A stretch of 64,000 nt of DNA, from NCBI GenBank assembly GCA_950097015.1, contig CATNEN010000014.1, forward strand, positions 806,001-870,000. The letters are read 5' to 3'. This stretch comes from Macrostomum hystrix (taxonomy: Eukaryota; Animalia; Platyhelminthes). The position numbers and the translations under genes are program-made. Below the pieces are notes generated by a model. That model was not told the DNA's origin. It did no database searches and worked only from the letters and a program-made list of their open reading frames with translations. Positions 60,929-64,000 of this stretch are shown here, one piece after another (the first letter of the stretch is position 1; every line of letters starts with the position of its first letter).

Positions 60929-63900
60929 CTAGTAGACGGTGACTGCGGCGGCTGCCAAGCTGGCCAGGCTTACCAGGATGGCGGCGGAAACTCCGCCAGT
61001 TCTCTGGCCGTCACTAAACGGTCCGGGCGGACCGCTGTCGATGCTGCCACCGTTGCCGGCCAACTGGCAGTCGGGCGGGGCGAATCCTGGCGGACAGTGG
61101 CAGTGGCCGCGCGAGTTCACGGTGCCACCGTTTTGGCAGGTGACATTGCCAGCCACAGCGGCTCGGTTACGAATCTCCGAGGCGGATTGGCAAGTTCTGT
61201 TGAAGCACATTTGCTCGCCGTTACGGTTTCCGCAACGCGCACCGTCTGGCACTCGATCGGGCGGCCCGGGTACCCGCGGATGGTAGCCGCAAATGGCAAT
61301 GCCGCAAGTTTCTGGACCTGTCCCGGTTATATCCGGAATGCAGTTCTCCAAATTCTCAATCGGGTGCACAAAGGTGCCGCACGTTACCATATCACATTCC
61401 TTGCTTTTTTTCGGGCACCAGGAACTCTGCAAGCAGTGGAGAAGTGTGATGTGTTACTAAAAAGTGAACTAGACAGCGAATCGGAATCGCTCAGGAAGAG
61501 ACACAATAAATAGTGAGGTGAGCTTGACGGCTGACTTAAAAGGCAGTCAATATCGTTTTGCAGGAAAATAAGCAATTCAATCAAAGTGAATAAAAAGGGT
61601 TAGTAGTTTTAAGAGCTTCCGAGAATGAGGGAATTCCTCTGACTCACGGCATCCCGTGCCGTCGGTCCCCAGAGTAACTGACACTGAGTCTGGGCGGAGC
61701 CGCACAGACCGTTGGCGCAGAAGTTGCTGCCGCACGGTGTCCCGTCTCTGGCAGCGAAATCGGCAGGGCAGGTTGAGTCGACGCCGTTACAGAATTCCGG
61801 CAGGTCGCATTGTCCTTTGGCGGCGCGGCAAACGGTGCCAGTCGGGCGCGGCTGACAGACCGTCAAGTCGCAGCAGCGCCCTGCGGCGCAGGCAGCGGAT
61901 TCGGCCAGCTTGCAGGAGGTGGCGTTGCAACAGTCGTTGCCTCTGTGAAACGATTGGTCAGCAGATAACTAACGACTTGTTTGCTACCTCTGACACAAAG
62001 CTCGAGACTTTGGATCTTGTTAGTTACGAAATAGATGAAAGAGTTGTAGAAAAAAGAATCGATATTGCACGAAATTCACTTGGCACCGCCGAAGCTATTG
62101 CGCAGCGCTTCCAAATCATGTGTACAGCTGTTCAGTCCGTGGACTGAGTGCTTCCACTCCTACCGAAATTTCCACGCCAGCAGATGCTGCTAGTCAATTT
62201 ACAGCTGGGTGAAATGACGCAATGAGGGAATTGATTTAAGCGTCTGGCTCAGAGACACAGGTTATTTTCTTCGGGCTGCGATTCGAACTCCCGAACTACT
62301 CACACGGAGTTGCCTTTCAATGTGCAGCAGTCACTTTTTGTAGGCACTCGTTTTTTAAAACACACACGACACGCAAAACTCCTAAAATAGCTCGTAGGAA
62401 GAATTGGCAGAGCACAAAATGAACAATTGCAAGAGGGCTGCGGGCAATGGCACATCATTTGGCGACACCAGACCTGCAGCCAGCGAGGAGACAATTCGGC
62501 CCATTTCGCTGACTCCTGAGCACACCTACTCACACAGGTGTGTACATCTGCAATCAATTTCTCATCATCAGGCAGTGTACACTGTCACTGTGCCTTGGAG
62601 GTTGGCCCCCAAAGGCGCAAATTGCACTACAAGCCCCAAGCCTAATCTCCGCGGCTGCGGCCCAAATGAATGAGGCCTCACCATGGAATCGAGCTCAGGG
62701 AGCTTGGTGCGAGAGGCAAGCGCTTTAGACCGCTCTGCCACTCACTCACCCCGCAAGTGGGATTCTACAACGTAATTAATAGGTGAAAGTAATTCTAACC
62801 TGAGTTGTTCGGCAGCCAAGTGAAAAGTGAAGAATCCCAAGATTGGGTCAGATTCAAGAAGTCAAATCCCAGTTGACTGAGTACCCTGACCTACTCATCC
62901 CCTAGAACGCCACGACAACCGGCCTCGCCGCCGCAGTCGCAGTCCTCGCCGTCTTCCAGAAGGCCGTTGCCGCAGACCGCTGTTGGCCAATCCCAGGCTA
63001 CTGGCAGGCGAAGCCCGCCCGGATAGTCAGCCTCTGGTCTCGGCCACAGCAGGCAGTGACGGACGCCGGAATCCAGGAAGTTCTTCAGGGCTTTCTTTGA
63101 GCATTCCGACCAGCCGATGTTGTGCCACTTGGTGCGATTCAGCGTTTTGGTGTCCATCATGCAGGCCTCATTGGAGTCGTGACACCAGCAGTGGTGGTCT
63201 TGGTATTTGTTATCGTAGTCGACGCCAAGGTTGTATGCCAGGTTCCGTGTCATTATCACCCCGGTGGTGTCGAAGTCGCTGGACGAATGAGACTGGCGTG
63301 GGCAGTCGGAGATATTCGTAATATATTCAATAATTTTATGTGAACCCAGTTTTGGGAGACTGAAAAACCAAGATTAGGGAGGCTGGGGAACCAGGATTTA
63401 GGAGCCTGCGGAATAGAGATTAGAGAGACTGGGAACAGAGATTAGGGAGACTCAGGAACAGAGATTAGGAAGACTGGGAACAGAGATTAGGGAGACTGGG
63501 AACAGAGATTAGGGAGACTGGGAACAGAGATTATGGAGGCTAGGAACAGAGATTAGGGAGACTGGGAACAGAGATTAGGGAGGCTGGGAACAGAGATTAG
63601 GGAGACTGGGAACAGAGAGAAGGGAAACTGCGGAACAGAGATTAGGGAGACTGCGGAACCCAGTATAGGGAGGCTGGTGGGATAGATTTTGGGGAGGCTG
63701 TGGGATAAAGAATTGGGAGACTGGAGATCCAGCGAGGAATTGAAAGAGAGGGTACTGGTCTCCTAATGCATTCTAATATAGGGATCAGTGTCCTCTGCTC
63801 GAAGCCAGTTTGCTAGTTACTTACGACGCTAAAACCAAAGCAATCTTGAATGTTGCACATGCTTTTATTATAGGCTGCGCCTGTCATGTCGTCGAAATTT

Positions 63901-64000
63901 CTGGCTCTGAAGTTTGAGTTGATGAAGGTTTTTCTATAATTTCTGGCTCTGAAGTTTGAGTTGATGAAGGTTTTTCTATAATTTCTGGCTCTGAAGTTTG
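60929..64000 (-). CDS. ADAM-family (non-catalytic) gene copy C, 3' exons (5' part outside the window)
   Basis: Exons 60929-61426, ~61648-61942, putative microexon 62750-62764, ~62895-63292, 63825-63906. Confidence 0.8.

Overview
Eukaryotic, repeat-dense genomic DNA from an invertebrate; the GC-rich codons and abundant minisatellites are flatworm-like, but that is only an inference. The host content is a tandem array of three intron-containing ADAM-family genes on the minus strand (A ~12.4-24.6 kb, B ~32.2-37.5 kb, C from 60.9 kb, cut off by the window). Their zinc-binding motif is destroyed, their metalloprotease-fold exons are hypervariable, and their disintegrin/Cys-rich/EGF exons and introns are nearly identical. 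The rest is layered mobile DNA: three derivatives of one Helitron family carrying complementary pieces of RepHel, an unrelated non-autonomous Helitron, decayed Polinton/Maverick genes (integrase, pPolB, adenain protease, pX-like), a 1.7-kb mini-Polinton with a PC4-like gene, P-like and hAT MITEs, a probable P-element excision footprint, a Gypsy nested in a Gypsy inside pPolB, a solo LTR, a degenerate LINE, SINE fragments and at least ten minisatellite families. Because the unit is duplicated, several insertions have their empty site inside the window. Coordinates were read by eye, and satellite boundaries are approximate.
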